The notes: generated by a model not told the origin, from the letters alone. 64,000 nucleotides of DNA from Lautropia sp. (GCA_050248115.1 JBFWSZ010000009.1:142475-206474), one strand, 5' to 3'. Numbered from the stretch's first letter, positions 25,638 to 35,128 are shown. Numbers and translations: made by a program.

Positions 25638-26557
25638 TTCTTGATCTCCTCTTCGATGAATGCGCCGGTCTGCTCGGGCGACTGGACGACCGGGTTTGCC
25701 CCCCGGCTGGCCAGCAAGGCCTTCGTTTCGGGCGCTTGCAGGAATCCGTTGACCGCCTGGTTCAGGCGTGCAACCACGTCCTTGGGTGTGCCGGCAGGCG
25801 CGACGAGCGCGAACCACGGCGATGCGGACAACTCCGGATAGCCCAGCTCGGCGAGGGTCGGCACGTCGGGCAGCAGCTCGGTCCGCTTGGCGGATGCCAC
25901 TGCCATCGGGTGCAGTCGTGAACTCCGGATATGCCCGATCACGGCCGGCAGGTTCTCGAAGTCGATGTCGACCTGACCGCCCATGAGATCGATGATGGCC
26001 GGCCCGGTGCCCTTGTACGGGATCATGTTCACCGTGATCCCGGTGCGCAGGCGGAACAGTTCGGAGAGCAGGTGGTGCATGGAGCCCAGCGCCGGTATGG
26101 CGATCCGCAATGCACCGGGATTGGCCTTGGCGTGCGCGACGACTTCGCCGATCGTCCTGGGCTTGAACCCCGGATACGACACCGCGACCACGGTGACGTC
26201 GGCGATCATCGCGACCGGGGCGAAATCCTTGCGCACGTCGTAGGGAACCCTCTTGAACAGGTCGAGCGCGACTGCGAGCGGACCCGAGGACGACAGCAGC
26301 AGCGTGTAGCCGTCGGGCTCCGACTTGGCGACGAAGTCGGCGCCGATCGTGCCGCCGGCCCCGCTGCGGTTCTCGACGATGAACGGCTGGCCCAGCGCCT
26401 TCTGCAGCCGCTCGGCCGTGATGCGGCCCAGGATGTCGTTAGTGCCGCCCGGCGGGTACGGGACGACGATCTTCACGCTCCGGGTCGGATACGCCTGTGC
26501 GAAGACGAAACTGGAAAAAAGCAGCGCGCACAACGCCGGTACAAGGCGCCAGTTCAT
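25595..26557 (-). CDS. Bug-family TTT substrate-binding protein
   Basis: ATG at 26557 (MNWRLVPALCALLFSSFVFAQAYPTRSVKIVVPYPPGGTNDILGR...) within ORF 25595-26635. GGAGA RBS. Confidence 0.88.
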   Translation of the reverse strand: MNWRLVPALCALLFSSFVFAQAYPTRSVKIVVPYPPGGTNDILGRITAERLQKALGQPFIVENRSGAGGTIGADFVAKSEPDGYTLLLSSSGPLAVALDLFKRVPYDVRKDFAPVAMIADVTVVAVSYPGFKPRTIGEVVAHAKANPGALRIAIPALGSMHHLLSELFRLRTGITVNMIPYKGTGPAIIDLMGGQVDIDFENLPAVIGHIRSSRLHPMAVASAKRTELLPDVPTLAELGYPELSASPWFALVAPAGTPKDVVARLNQAVNGFLQAPETKALLASRGANPVVQSPEQTGAFIEEEIKKWSKAVKESGAKLE

Positions 26558-26687
26558 CTCAGTCTCCTCTCGTTCGAATAGGCCCGATTGTCCGCAGAAA
26601 CGTCCGGTGTTGGGACCGACATGCGAAACTCGCACTGCACCATCTGCCTCTATCTTTCACGCTACCGACTCGTGAGGGATCGCCCAG

Positions 26688-27848
26688 ATGGCGCTCGACT
26701 TCAGGTTCTCGCCGGAGCAGGAGACGTTCCGTGCGCAGGTGCGCGAATTCGCGCGCAACGAGATCCAGCCGTATCTCGCGGACTGGGACGAGCGAGAGGA
26801 GATGCCGTGGCCCGCCATCCGGAAGATGGGCGAGGCGGGTCTGCTCGGGATCATCGCGCCGGGTCGTCTCGGCGGGCAGGCGAAGGACTACATCACCCTC
26901 GGCATCGCGGTCGAGGAGGTGGCGCGGGTGGACAACAGCTGCGCGATGATCCTGTCGATGCAGAACACGCTGGCGACGCTGATTCCCGGGTGGGGCGACG
27001 ATACCGTCCGCGAGGTCGTGCGGGGTCGTCAGCTCCTGTGCATCGCGACTTCCGAGGCCGAGGCCGGGTCGGACGTCTCGAACATGCGCACGACTGCCCG
27101 CGTCGAAGACGGGCACTTCGTCGTCTCGGGACAGAAGATCCACGTCAGCCTGATGCCGGGTGCCACCGTCATGGGCGTGTCGGCGCGCGTGACCGACGGC
27201 GATGGCAGGGGCAAGATCCATTTCCTGCGCGTGCCGGCGGCGGATCCGGGCGTGAGTTGCGAGCTGATGCCCGAGATGGGCCTGCGCTCTCACCAGCTCG
27301 CGATCGTGAACCTGAAGGACGTGCGGATCCCGATGACCGACGTCCTCGGCGCGAAGGGCGAGGGAAAGGCGTTGCTGTACGCGCGCTGGAACGTCTCGAG
27401 GTGCCTGACCGCGCTCAACGCGCTCGGTGCCGCCCAGCAGGTGCTGGACGACTCGATCGACTTCGTGCGCAGGAAGCACGTCTACGGTCGACCGATCGGG
27501 ATGAATCAGGCGATCAGCTTCCCGCTGGTCGAGCATGCGACCCGCGTCGAGGCGTGCCGCCTGCTGGCATACAAGGGGTTGTGGATGAACGACCGCGGCG
27601 AGAACGCGGCCCGCGAGGCCGGGATGGCGAAGTGGAGTTCGGTCACGTTCTCGATCCAGGCGGTCTACGACTGTCTGCAGATGCACGGTGCCGCCGGGTA
27701 CCTCAAGGATCTGTCGCTGGAGCGACGCTACCGGGATCTGCTGGGCCTGACGTTCACCGGCGGAACGATTAACGTGATGAAGATGATCGTCGTCAAGGAA
27801 CTGCTGGGCACCGAGTTCATGGGGATCGCGAATGGCCCGGAGCATTGA
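26688..27848 (+). CDS. Acyl-CoA dehydrogenase-fold protein, atypical (no Glu at either canonical catalytic-base position), paralogue B
   Basis: 386 aa. Colinear with, and by eye roughly two-thirds identical to, the 19672-20838 product. The C-terminal segment reads RDLLGLTFTGGTINVMK. GAGGGA RBS. Confidence 0.85.
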   Translation: MALDFRFSPEQETFRAQVREFARNEIQPYLADWDEREEMPWPAIRKMGEAGLLGIIAPGRLGGQAKDYITLGIAVEEVARVDNSCAMILSMQNTLATLIPGWGDDTVREVVRGRQLLCIATSEAEAGSDVSNMRTTARVEDGHFVVSGQKIHVSLMPGATVMGVSARVTDGDGRGKIHFLRVPAADPGVSCELMPEMGLRSHQLAIVNLKDVRIPMTDVLGAKGEGKALLYARWNVSRCLTALNALGAAQQVLDDSIDFVRRKHVYGRPIGMNQAISFPLVEHATRVEACRLLAYKGLWMNDRGENAAREAGMAKWSSVTFSIQAVYDCLQMHGAAGYLKDLSLERRYRDLLGLTFTGGTINVMKMIVVKELLGTEFMGIANGPEH

Positions 27849-27851
27849 ATC

Positions 27852-29432
27852 GTGACGCCGATGACGCCCGACGGGCTCGACACGCTGGCATCGGGTTCGG
27901 GTGAATGGGCGCTGTTCGACGTGCGCGAGCCCGGCGAGGCGGATGCGGGTCATATCTTCGGTGCCACGTTCCTGCCCAGGCGCCAGCTCGAGCGGCGCGT
28001 GGCAGACCTGGTCCAGCGACGCGAGACGACGGTGGTCCTGTACGACGAGGGTGGCCCGCGTGCCGGACTGGCTGCCGACACGCTCGAGCGCCACGGATAC
28101 ACCGACGTGCGAGTCCTGCAGGGGGGAACTGCGGCGTGGACCCGCGCCGGACGCGAGCTGACCCGTGGCAGCAATGTGCCGAGCAAGCTGTTCGGCGAGG
28201 AAGTCTACGAGCGGCACGGGGTTCCCCAGCTGCCGGTGACGACGCTCAAGTCCTGGCAGGACGACGGGCGACGGCACCTCGTGTGCGACATCCGCACGCC
28301 CGACGAGTACGCGGCGTCGCGCATTCCCGGTGCCCGTGGTGCCTTCGGCGTGGATCTGGCACGCGTGGCGGGCGATCTTCGCAAGGCAGGCGCACCGATC
28401 GTCGTGCATTGCGCCGGGCGCACCAGGAGCATCATCGCGTGCCAGAGCCTTCGCGCGCTCGGCGTCGACGATGTGCATGCGCTCGAGAACGGGACCATGG
28501 GCTGGCAGCTCGCCGGCCTTGCGCTCGAGACCGGGGCGGCGAAGGGTGAGCTGGTGCCTAGTCGCGAGAGCGACGCCGACGGTGCAAGCAGGGCCCGGGC
28601 GCTGGCCGAGTCGGTCGGTGTCACCGCCATCGGCGCCGACGACCTGGCGGCACATCTGGCATCGCGCCGCGACAAGCGCGAGAACTGCTACATCTTCGAT
28701 GTCCGCCAGCTCGACGAGTTCATCGACGGACACATCGACGGCGCGATCGCGCTGCCCGGCGGACTCGCCATCCAGCGCGCCGACGAGTTCATGCCGGTGC
28801 GCCGCGCCTGCACGATCCTGGTCGACATCGGGGAGGCGCGTGCCTGCCTTGCCGGCTACTGGCTCCGGCGCATGGGGCACTCGGATGTCCGATTCCTGCA
28901 AGGGGGCCTGGACGCGTGGCGCTCGAGCGGGCGCGCCCTCGCGCAGGGCCGGGGACGCTCGACGCCGCTCGGTGCGCAGGAGGCGGCCGACATGCCCCGG
29001 ATCAGTCCGGCCGAACTGGCCAGCCGTCCCGGCGCGCTGGTGCTCGACGTCGACACGAGCCGGTACTTCGGCGAGGCGCGCGTACCCGGCGCGGTGTGGT
29101 TGCCCTACGGCTGGCTGGAAACCCGGATCGGCGAGCACGTCCCGGACAGGCGCGCGGCGGTCGTGCTGACCTGCCACGACGGCGTGCTGTCAGGCTACGC
29201 AGCCGTCAACCTCGCGCGTCTCGGCCACGTCGACGTGAGGGTACTGGATGGCGGGGTGAGGGCATGGGCGAAGCAGGGGAATCGGATCGAGCGCGGCTGG
29301 CCGGCCGATCTGCCTGCGCCGCACGACCTGGTCGTGCCGCCGTATCAGTCGGATCTCGAGTCGATGGCGGCCTATCTCGAATGGGAGCAGCGGCTCACCG
29401 CGGACCGCCACCGGGCTGTTTCGAATTCGTGA
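27852..29432 (+). CDS. Four-domain rhodanese-like sulfurtransferase
   Basis: 526 aa; GTG at 27852 or ATG at 27861. Four rhodanese repeats with active-site loops YDEGGPRA (Asp, inactive), HCAGRTRS (Cys), VDIGEARA (Asp, inactive) and TCHDGVLS (Cys). Each repeat ends in ..L.GG..AW...G. Confidence 0.85.
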   Translation: MTPMTPDGLDTLASGSGEWALFDVREPGEADAGHIFGATFLPRRQLERRVADLVQRRETTVVLYDEGGPRAGLAADTLERHGYTDVRVLQGGTAAWTRAGRELTRGSNVPSKLFGEEVYERHGVPQLPVTTLKSWQDDGRRHLVCDIRTPDEYAASRIPGARGAFGVDLARVAGDLRKAGAPIVVHCAGRTRSIIACQSLRALGVDDVHALENGTMGWQLAGLALETGAAKGELVPSRESDADGASRARALAESVGVTAIGADDLAAHLASRRDKRENCYIFDVRQLDEFIDGHIDGAIALPGGLAIQRADEFMPVRRACTILVDIGEARACLAGYWLRRMGHSDVRFLQGGLDAWRSSGRALAQGRGRSTPLGAQEAADMPRISPAELASRPGALVLDVDTSRYFGEARVPGAVWLPYGWLETRIGEHVPDRRAAVVLTCHDGVLSGYAAVNLARLGHVDVRVLDGGVRAWAKQGNRIERGWPADLPAPHDLVVPPYQSDLESMAAYLEWEQRLTADRHRAVSNS

Positions 29433-29491
29433 ACCCTCGCGTGCATCCGCGCCCCTAGTATTGGTCGATCCCATCCCTGACTGGAAAGCGA

Positions 29492-30658
29492 ATGAATTTC
29501 GAACTGACGGCGACGCACAAGAAGGTCTACGAGACGGTGGGCGAGATTGCGCGAGACAGATTCGTCGCGCGCGCCGCGATCGCGGACCAGACGGCCAGCA
29601 CCCCGGTCGAGAATCTGCGCGACCTGCACGACGCGGGCCTGCTCGGCCTGACCGTCTCCGGCGAGTATGGCGGCATGGACAGCGGGTGCGCGGGAAAGGA
29701 CCCGTTGCTCTACCTGCTCGCCGTCGAGCAGACGGCACGCTACTGCATGTCGACCGCGCAGTGCCTGCACATCCACCTGCACGGCGCGCACTACGTCGAC
29801 AACGTCGGGACGGCGAAGCAGCGTGCGCGGATCCTGGGCGCGGTGGTCGAGCAGGGGGCCCTGCTGAACGCGACCGGCAGCGAGCCGGGTCGCACGTCCC
29901 GAGGGCTGTACAACCTGATCACCATCGCCGATCGGGTGGAAGGCGGGTACAAGATCAGCGGATTGAAGAACTACGCAACGCTTGGCGACGTCGTCGACTA
30001 CAACATCATCTTTGCCGGCATGCGCGACAAGGAGGGGTCGGAAGGCCACCTCGGTGTGGCCCTGCCCAAGGACACGCCCGGACTGAAGGTCGTCGCGGGG
30101 TCCTGGAATCCGATCGGCATGCGGGGTGCCGCCAGCCCGACCCTTCGACTGGACGACTGTTACGTGCCCGACGAACTGGTTCTCGGCGCGCCCGGCGTCT
30201 TCCCGAAGGAGCGCTGGCAGGCCCGCTTCCATCTCAGCTTTGCCGCACAGTACCTGGGAGGGGCCGAGGGCATCTTCGACATCCTCAAGGACTATCTGCC
30301 CAAGCGTGGAACCGCCGGTGATGCCTATGCCCAGCTTCGAATGGGCGAGATACGGGTCGGTATCGATTCGGTGCGCTGGATGATCTATCGGGCTGCCTGG
30401 CTCTGGACGCAGGCGGACCGCGTGCAGGCCGAGTTGTTCTCGCTGGCGGCCAAGCATCGGGCGATCGAGAACGCCGTCGCGGTCATGGACAAGGCGGCGC
30501 AGATCGCCGGATCGAGCGCGTTCTGGGCCGACTCGACGATGTCGCGGTTCTACCGGGACATGCGCATCCACACGTTGCACGAGAATCTGGACAAGACCGC
30601 CGCGACGCTCGGCAAGTACCATCTCGGCCAGGAATTCGACACCACCGCCCGGCTGTAG
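29492..30658 (+). CDS. ACAD-fold group-D flavin-dependent monooxygenase (DszC/SfnB-like oxygenase component)
   Basis: 388 aa. ACAD fold without the YEGT motif. The C-terminus ...FYRDMRIHTLHENLDKTAATLGKYHLG resembles the DszC-type ...RTHSLHDP... tail as I recall it. An HpaC-type flavin reductase follows directly. Confidence 0.7.
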   Translation: MNFELTATHKKVYETVGEIARDRFVARAAIADQTASTPVENLRDLHDAGLLGLTVSGEYGGMDSGCAGKDPLLYLLAVEQTARYCMSTAQCLHIHLHGAHYVDNVGTAKQRARILGAVVEQGALLNATGSEPGRTSRGLYNLITIADRVEGGYKISGLKNYATLGDVVDYNIIFAGMRDKEGSEGHLGVALPKDTPGLKVVAGSWNPIGMRGAASPTLRLDDCYVPDELVLGAPGVFPKERWQARFHLSFAAQYLGGAEGIFDILKDYLPKRGTAGDAYAQLRMGEIRVGIDSVRWMIYRAAWLWTQADRVQAELFSLAAKHRAIENAVAVMDKAAQIAGSSAFWADSTMSRFYRDMRIHTLHENLDKTAATLGKYHLGQEFDTTARL

Positions 30659-30662
30659 CGCG

Positions 30663-31145
30663 ATGGAGAGCCGGGAGTTGCGCAATGCCTTCGGGTGCTT
30701 CCCCACCGGGGTGGCGGTCGTCGCCTCGCGCGCGTCGAATGGTGCACTGGTCGGACTGACGGTGAACTCGATCGCGCCGGTCGCCCTCGTTCCCGCCCGC
30801 CTGCTCTGGAGCCTGGCGTCGACGTCGACGAGCCGGGCCGTCTTCGATGCTGCGCCGTACTTCACCGTCAATGTGCTGGGCGAGGACCAACTCGCGCTGG
30901 CGCGGCAGATGGCGTCGAAGGCATCGGACAGGTTCGCCGGCGTCGACTGGCGACCGGCGTCGGTGTCCGGCCTGCCGCTGCTCGCGGGCTGCATCGCGAG
31001 CTTCGAATGCCGCCGCAGCTCCACGGTGGAAATCGGCGACCACGTCGTCTTCGTCGGGGACATCGTCGATTTCGAGGAATCCGGCGGGCCGCCGTTGCTC
31101 TATCGCTCGGGTCGATACTCGCGCATCCTCGCGGAGGCTTCGTGA
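30663..31145 (+). CDS. NAD(P)H-flavin reductase (HpaC/flavin_reduct family)
   Basis: 160 aa. LRNAFGCFPTGVAVVAS....G.LVGLTVNS...VSL.P..LLWSL...S... and ...GDHVVFVGDIVDF are typical. Confidence 0.85.
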   Translation: MESRELRNAFGCFPTGVAVVASRASNGALVGLTVNSIAPVALVPARLLWSLASTSTSRAVFDAAPYFTVNVLGEDQLALARQMASKASDRFAGVDWRPASVSGLPLLAGCIASFECRRSSTVEIGDHVVFVGDIVDFEESGGPPLLYRSGRYSRILAEAS

Positions 31146-32536
31146 GCCGCGAACACCCGCTGTCGCCCGAAGTCCACTTCGCGCGGCACGACGACGACCT
31201 CTCGCGGGACTACTGGAATCCGCAGCGCGAGACGATGCCCGCGGATCGGATGGCGGCGCTTCAGTTCGAGAAGCTCAAGCGCCAGCTCGACTACCTCGCG
31301 TGCCACTCGGACTTCTATCGGACGAAGTTCAGGGACGCCGGATTCGATCCGGGCGATCTTCACCGGATCGAGGACCTGGCAGCGTTGCCCTTCACCACGA
31401 AGGCCGAGCTTCGAGAGGCGCAGGAGGCGGCGCCACCGTTCGGCTCGCACCAGGCGGCACCGATGGATCGGATCGTCCGCATCACGTCGACAGCGGGCAC
31501 GACCGGCCGCCCGGTGTTCCAGGGCTATACGCGAGAAGACACCCTGCGTCGCAACGAGAGCATCGCGCGCGGCCTCTGGGGCTTTGGCGTGCGCCCCGGC
31601 GACCGGGTGATCAACGGTTTCGCGCTCAGCATGTTCAATGCCGGCATTCCCTTCTGCGCGGCGATCGAGCATCTCGGCGCGCTGGACGTGCCGGTGGGCG
31701 CCGAGCGCAAGGCCGAAGGCATGCTCAGGATCGCGCACGAGGTCAAGGCCACCGTGTGGATCGGCACGCCCTCGTTCGCCGCCTATCTCGCAGAGCGGTG
31801 CGAGGACGTGCTCGGCATCCCGCCGCACGAGCTCGGCCTTCGCGTCGTGTGCGGCGGTGGCGAGTCGGGGTTCGAATTGCCGTCGTTCCAGAAGCGAATG
31901 GAGGAGGCATTCGGCACCCGGCACGTCTACGACTGGGCGTCGACGTCCGATGCGCACCCCAACGTCTTTGCCCACTGCCGGTATCGAAACGGCAAGCACC
32001 AGCTGACACCGGACTTCGCACTCGTGCAGCTGATCGACATGGCGAGCGGCGAAGTCAAGCCGATGCACGACGGCGCCGAAGGCGAGTACATCTTCACGCA
32101 TCTCGATCGGCAGTCCTGCGGGCTGGTCCGCTATCGCACCGGGGACATACTCAGGGTTCGGACCGGCGCCTGCGAATGCGGTCGCACCGGCTTCCGGATG
32201 GACATCGTCGGGCGGGCGGACGACATGCTCCTCGTGCGCGGCGTGAACGTCTTTCCATCCGCGCTCCAGAGCGTCGTCGACCGTTTCGCACCCAAGGTCG
32301 CCGGCAGGATCCAGGTGGTGCTGCCGCGTCCAGGGCCGCGGGTCGATCCGCCGGTTCGCATGCGCGTCGAGCATGCGCAAGGGCTGTCGGAGGTCGAGCT
32401 CGGCACGCTCAAGGCGGCCATCGAGGCGGCGATCCGCAGCGATCTCTCGGTGACGGCGAACGTCCAACTGCTCTCTCCCGGCACCGTGGTCCGGACCGAG
32501 ACAAAGACCCGATTCGTGGTCGTCGAACCGCAATGA
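31142..32536 (+). CDS. Phenylacetate-CoA ligase-like (PaaK / coenzyme F390 synthetase family) adenylating enzyme
   Basis: GTG at 31142 (GTGA overlap with the reductase stop) in ORF 30695-32536. Contains QFEKLKRQLDYLACHSDFYRTKF...IEDLAALPFTTKAEL...ITSTAGTTGRP...VRYRTGD...GRADDMLLVRGVNVFPS. Confidence 0.82.
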   Translation: MSREHPLSPEVHFARHDDDLSRDYWNPQRETMPADRMAALQFEKLKRQLDYLACHSDFYRTKFRDAGFDPGDLHRIEDLAALPFTTKAELREAQEAAPPFGSHQAAPMDRIVRITSTAGTTGRPVFQGYTREDTLRRNESIARGLWGFGVRPGDRVINGFALSMFNAGIPFCAAIEHLGALDVPVGAERKAEGMLRIAHEVKATVWIGTPSFAAYLAERCEDVLGIPPHELGLRVVCGGGESGFELPSFQKRMEEAFGTRHVYDWASTSDAHPNVFAHCRYRNGKHQLTPDFALVQLIDMASGEVKPMHDGAEGEYIFTHLDRQSCGLVRYRTGDILRVRTGACECGRTGFRMDIVGRADDMLLVRGVNVFPSALQSVVDRFAPKVAGRIQVVLPRPGPRVDPPVRMRVEHAQGLSEVELGTLKAAIEAAIRSDLSVTANVQLLSPGTVVRTETKTRFVVVEPQ

Positions 32537-33057
32537 GAGCGCTGAGGGATCCCGAATCGGAGACCCCCGACCTGCGACGTGCGCTGGCGCGCTTCGCCGC
32601 GGGCGTCGTCGTCGTCGCCTGCCGCGCCGAGGGTGGCTCGCCGCACTGCGTGATCGCGAGTGCCTTCAACTCGGTTTCGCTCGCACCCGCGTTGCTGCTC
32701 TGGTGCGTCCCGAGCAGCTCGCGCCGATGGCTGGGTATTGACCGGGCGTACGGCTTGAGCGTACTGTCCGTCGCTCAGGCGTCGCTGTTGAATCTCCAGG
32801 ATCTGCAGGCGACGCCGCTGGCCTGGGAGAGCGGCGAACTCCTGGGCGCGCCACTGCTGCGCGATGCGGCGGCATGGTTCGAGGTCGTCGCCGCCCACCG
32901 CATCGAGAATGGCGATCACGATCTCTATCTCGCTCAGGTCGCCGGGCTCGGCTATTCGACCCGGCAGACCGGTCTGCTGCGCTATTCGGGGCAGGTCGTG
33001 CGCTCGGGAGAGATCGCGCACGAGACCGAGCATCGGCAGACGCTCGTCACGCGTTGA
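32533..33057 (+). CDS. NAD(P)H-flavin reductase family protein, second copy
   Basis: ATG at 32533 (ATGA overlap) in ORF 30847-33057: LRRALARFAAGVVVVACRAEGGSPHCVIASAFNSVSLAPALLLWCV...GDHDLYLAQV. Confidence 0.78.
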   Translation: MRALRDPESETPDLRRALARFAAGVVVVACRAEGGSPHCVIASAFNSVSLAPALLLWCVPSSSRRWLGIDRAYGLSVLSVAQASLLNLQDLQATPLAWESGELLGAPLLRDAAAWFEVVAAHRIENGDHDLYLAQVAGLGYSTRQTGLLRYSGQVVRSGEIAHETEHRQTLVTR

Positions 33058-33161
33058 CGACCGGTTCGACGACGTACGGATTCCGCTGCACGCCAGCTCG
33101 AGGCTACCCTTGCAGCCGGCAGCCCAGCATTCACCGAGCGATTCGGCCAGGAGGAGCGTCC

Positions 33162-33977
33162 ATGGGAGGACTGGAGTTGCCAGGCGTGCTGAAGCGCGGG
33201 AAGTCCGAGGCCGAGAATGATCGGCAGTTCGCTTCCACGCTCGGTCGTGGCATGGATGTCCTGCGATGCTTCACGGCCGCGCAGTCGGTACTCGGGAACA
33301 AGGACATCGCGCTGCGCACCGGGCTGCCGAAGCCGACGGTGTCGCGGCTCACCTACACGCTGACATCGCTGGGGTATCTGCGACATCTGCCGCGGATCGG
33401 AAAGTACGAACTGGGCAGTGCCGTCCTGGCGATCGGGTATCCGCTGCTCGCGAACATTCCGGTACGACAGCGCGCCAGGGTCGAGATGATCGAACTCGCC
33501 GAGTATTCCCGTGGCTGGGTCTCGCTCGGCATGCGCGAACGGCTCAACATGGTCTACATCGAGACGGCGCGATCGAGGGAAGTGCTCGATTCGAAGCCCG
33601 ACATCGGCCAGACGTTCCCGATCCTCATGTCGGCTATGGGCCGCGCCTACCTCGCCGGGCTGGACGCGCTGGAACGCGATGCCGTCCTGAACCACCTGCG
33701 TGTCAAGGCGCCGGAACAATGGGCGAAGCACTCCTGCAAGGTCGAGTCCAGCCTCGAGGACTTCCGGGCAAGGGGCTTCTGCATGCATCACGGCGACTTC
33801 AACCCGCACGTGCATACCGTCGCGGTTCCGATGCGGCGTCGCGGCGATGCCGACATCCTGGTCTTCAACTGCGCGGTGCCGATCCAGGTGTTGCAGCGCG
33901 GGCAGCTCGAGTCCGACGTCGGACCACGGCTGGTCGCGATGGTGAAGGCCGTCGAGGCAGGTCTCGACCGTCACTAG
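33162..33977 (+). CDS. IclR-family transcriptional regulator
   Basis: ATG at 33162 after GGAGGAG in ORF 32874-33977. HTH STLGRGMDVLRCFTAAQSVLGNKDIALRTGLPKPTVSRLTYTLTSLGYL, followed by an IclR effector domain. Confidence 0.88.
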   Translation: MGGLELPGVLKRGKSEAENDRQFASTLGRGMDVLRCFTAAQSVLGNKDIALRTGLPKPTVSRLTYTLTSLGYLRHLPRIGKYELGSAVLAIGYPLLANIPVRQRARVEMIELAEYSRGWVSLGMRERLNMVYIETARSREVLDSKPDIGQTFPILMSAMGRAYLAGLDALERDAVLNHLRVKAPEQWAKHSCKVESSLEDFRARGFCMHHGDFNPHVHTVAVPMRRRGDADILVFNCAVPIQVLQRGQLESDVGPRLVAMVKAVEAGLDRH

Positions 33978-34027
33978 GCACACCGCGGGCGCGCCCGCGA
34001 TCGTCTCGGCGCGAAGGAGCGTAGCGG

Positions 34028-35128
34028 ATGGAGGGTGTTCTGTCGGGCATCAGGGTCGTGGAGCTGGCGGCGATCGGACCGATCCCGTGGGCGATGATGC
34101 TGGCTGCCGACATGGGGGCATCGGTGATTCGCATCACGCGGCCGGGCACGGCCGACGATGTCTTGCCGACGGCACGGGGGCGCGTCACGGTCGAACTCGA
34201 CCTGAAGTCCGAGGCCGGTCTCGACACCTGCAAGCGGTTTCTCGCGCGTGCCGATGTGCTGGTCGAGGGTATGCGCCCCGGCGCGCTCGAGCGGCTCGGC
34301 CTCGCGCCGGAGGTGTGCCATTCGATCAATCCGGCGCTGGTGATCGGCCGCATGACTGGTTGGGGTCAGGCAGGGCCCATGGCGGCGCTGGCCGGACACG
34401 ACATCAACTACATCGCCCTGAACGGCGTGCTCCACGCCGTCGGACGGGATCGACCGACCCCACCGCTCAATCTGGTCGCGGACTTCGGCGGCGGCGGAAC
34501 CTTTCTGCTGATCGGCATCCTGTCCGCGCTGCTGAGCGCCCGACGAACACGACGGGGCGAGGTGGTCGACGCCGCCATGATCGACGGCTCGGCCAGCCTC
34601 TCGACGATGGTGTACGAGCGCCTGATGCAGGGCCGCTGGAGCGACCGTCGCGGCACCAATTCGCTCGACGGCGGAACGCCGTGGTACGACGTCTACGCGA
34701 CGAGCGACGGATGCTACATGGCTGTCGGGTGCAACGAGCCGCACTTCTACGAGGCCTTCCTCGACGCGCTCGGGCTGGATCCGGCGACATTGCCGGGCAG
34801 ACACGCGCGCGAGCAATGGCCGGCGCTGCGCGCGGCATTCGCGCAGCGCTTCGCGCAGCGTACGCGGGCGGAGTGGATCGCGGTGTTCGACGGCGTCGAC
34901 GCCTGCGTGACGCCGGTACTGTCGCTTCTCGAGGCGCCCGAGCACCCGCACAATGCGGCGCGCGGTACCTACATGTGCTGGGACGGCCATCCGATACCCT
35001 CGCCGGCGCCTCGGTTCGTCGGCCGTCCGAACGAGCCGGCGGCGCGTTCCGCGAAGGCGACGCCGGAAGAAGCGCTGGCAACCTGGTCGCCGGATCCACC
35101 TGCGCGGGTGCTCGGGAACGCGCGCTAG
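34028..35128 (+). CDS. CaiB/BaiF family III acyl-CoA transferase (alpha-methylacyl-CoA racemase-like)
   Basis: 366 aa. LSGIRVVELAAIGPIPWAMMLAADMGASVIRI......ADVLVEGMRPGALERLGL...NP.LV.GR.TGWGQ.GP....AGHDINY.AL.G are hallmark motifs. Confidence 0.88.
   Translation: MEGVLSGIRVVELAAIGPIPWAMMLAADMGASVIRITRPGTADDVLPTARGRVTVELDLKSEAGLDTCKRFLARADVLVEGMRPGALERLGLAPEVCHSINPALVIGRMTGWGQAGPMAALAGHDINYIALNGVLHAVGRDRPTPPLNLVADFGGGGTFLLIGILSALLSARRTRRGEVVDAAMIDGSASLSTMVYERLMQGRWSDRRGTNSLDGGTPWYDVYATSDGCYMAVGCNEPHFYEAFLDALGLDPATLPGRHAREQWPALRAAFAQRFAQRTRAEWIAVFDGVDACVTPVLSLLEAPEHPHNAARGTYMCWDGHPIPSPAPRFVGRPNEPAARSAKATPEEALATWSPDPPARVLGNAR

Noticed and set aside
26559-29177. 872-aa ORF antisense to ACAD paralogue B and the rhodanese gene
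   Set aside because: It is a shadow ORF. The sense frames contain unambiguous ACAD and rhodanese motifs, and the antisense translation is low complexity.
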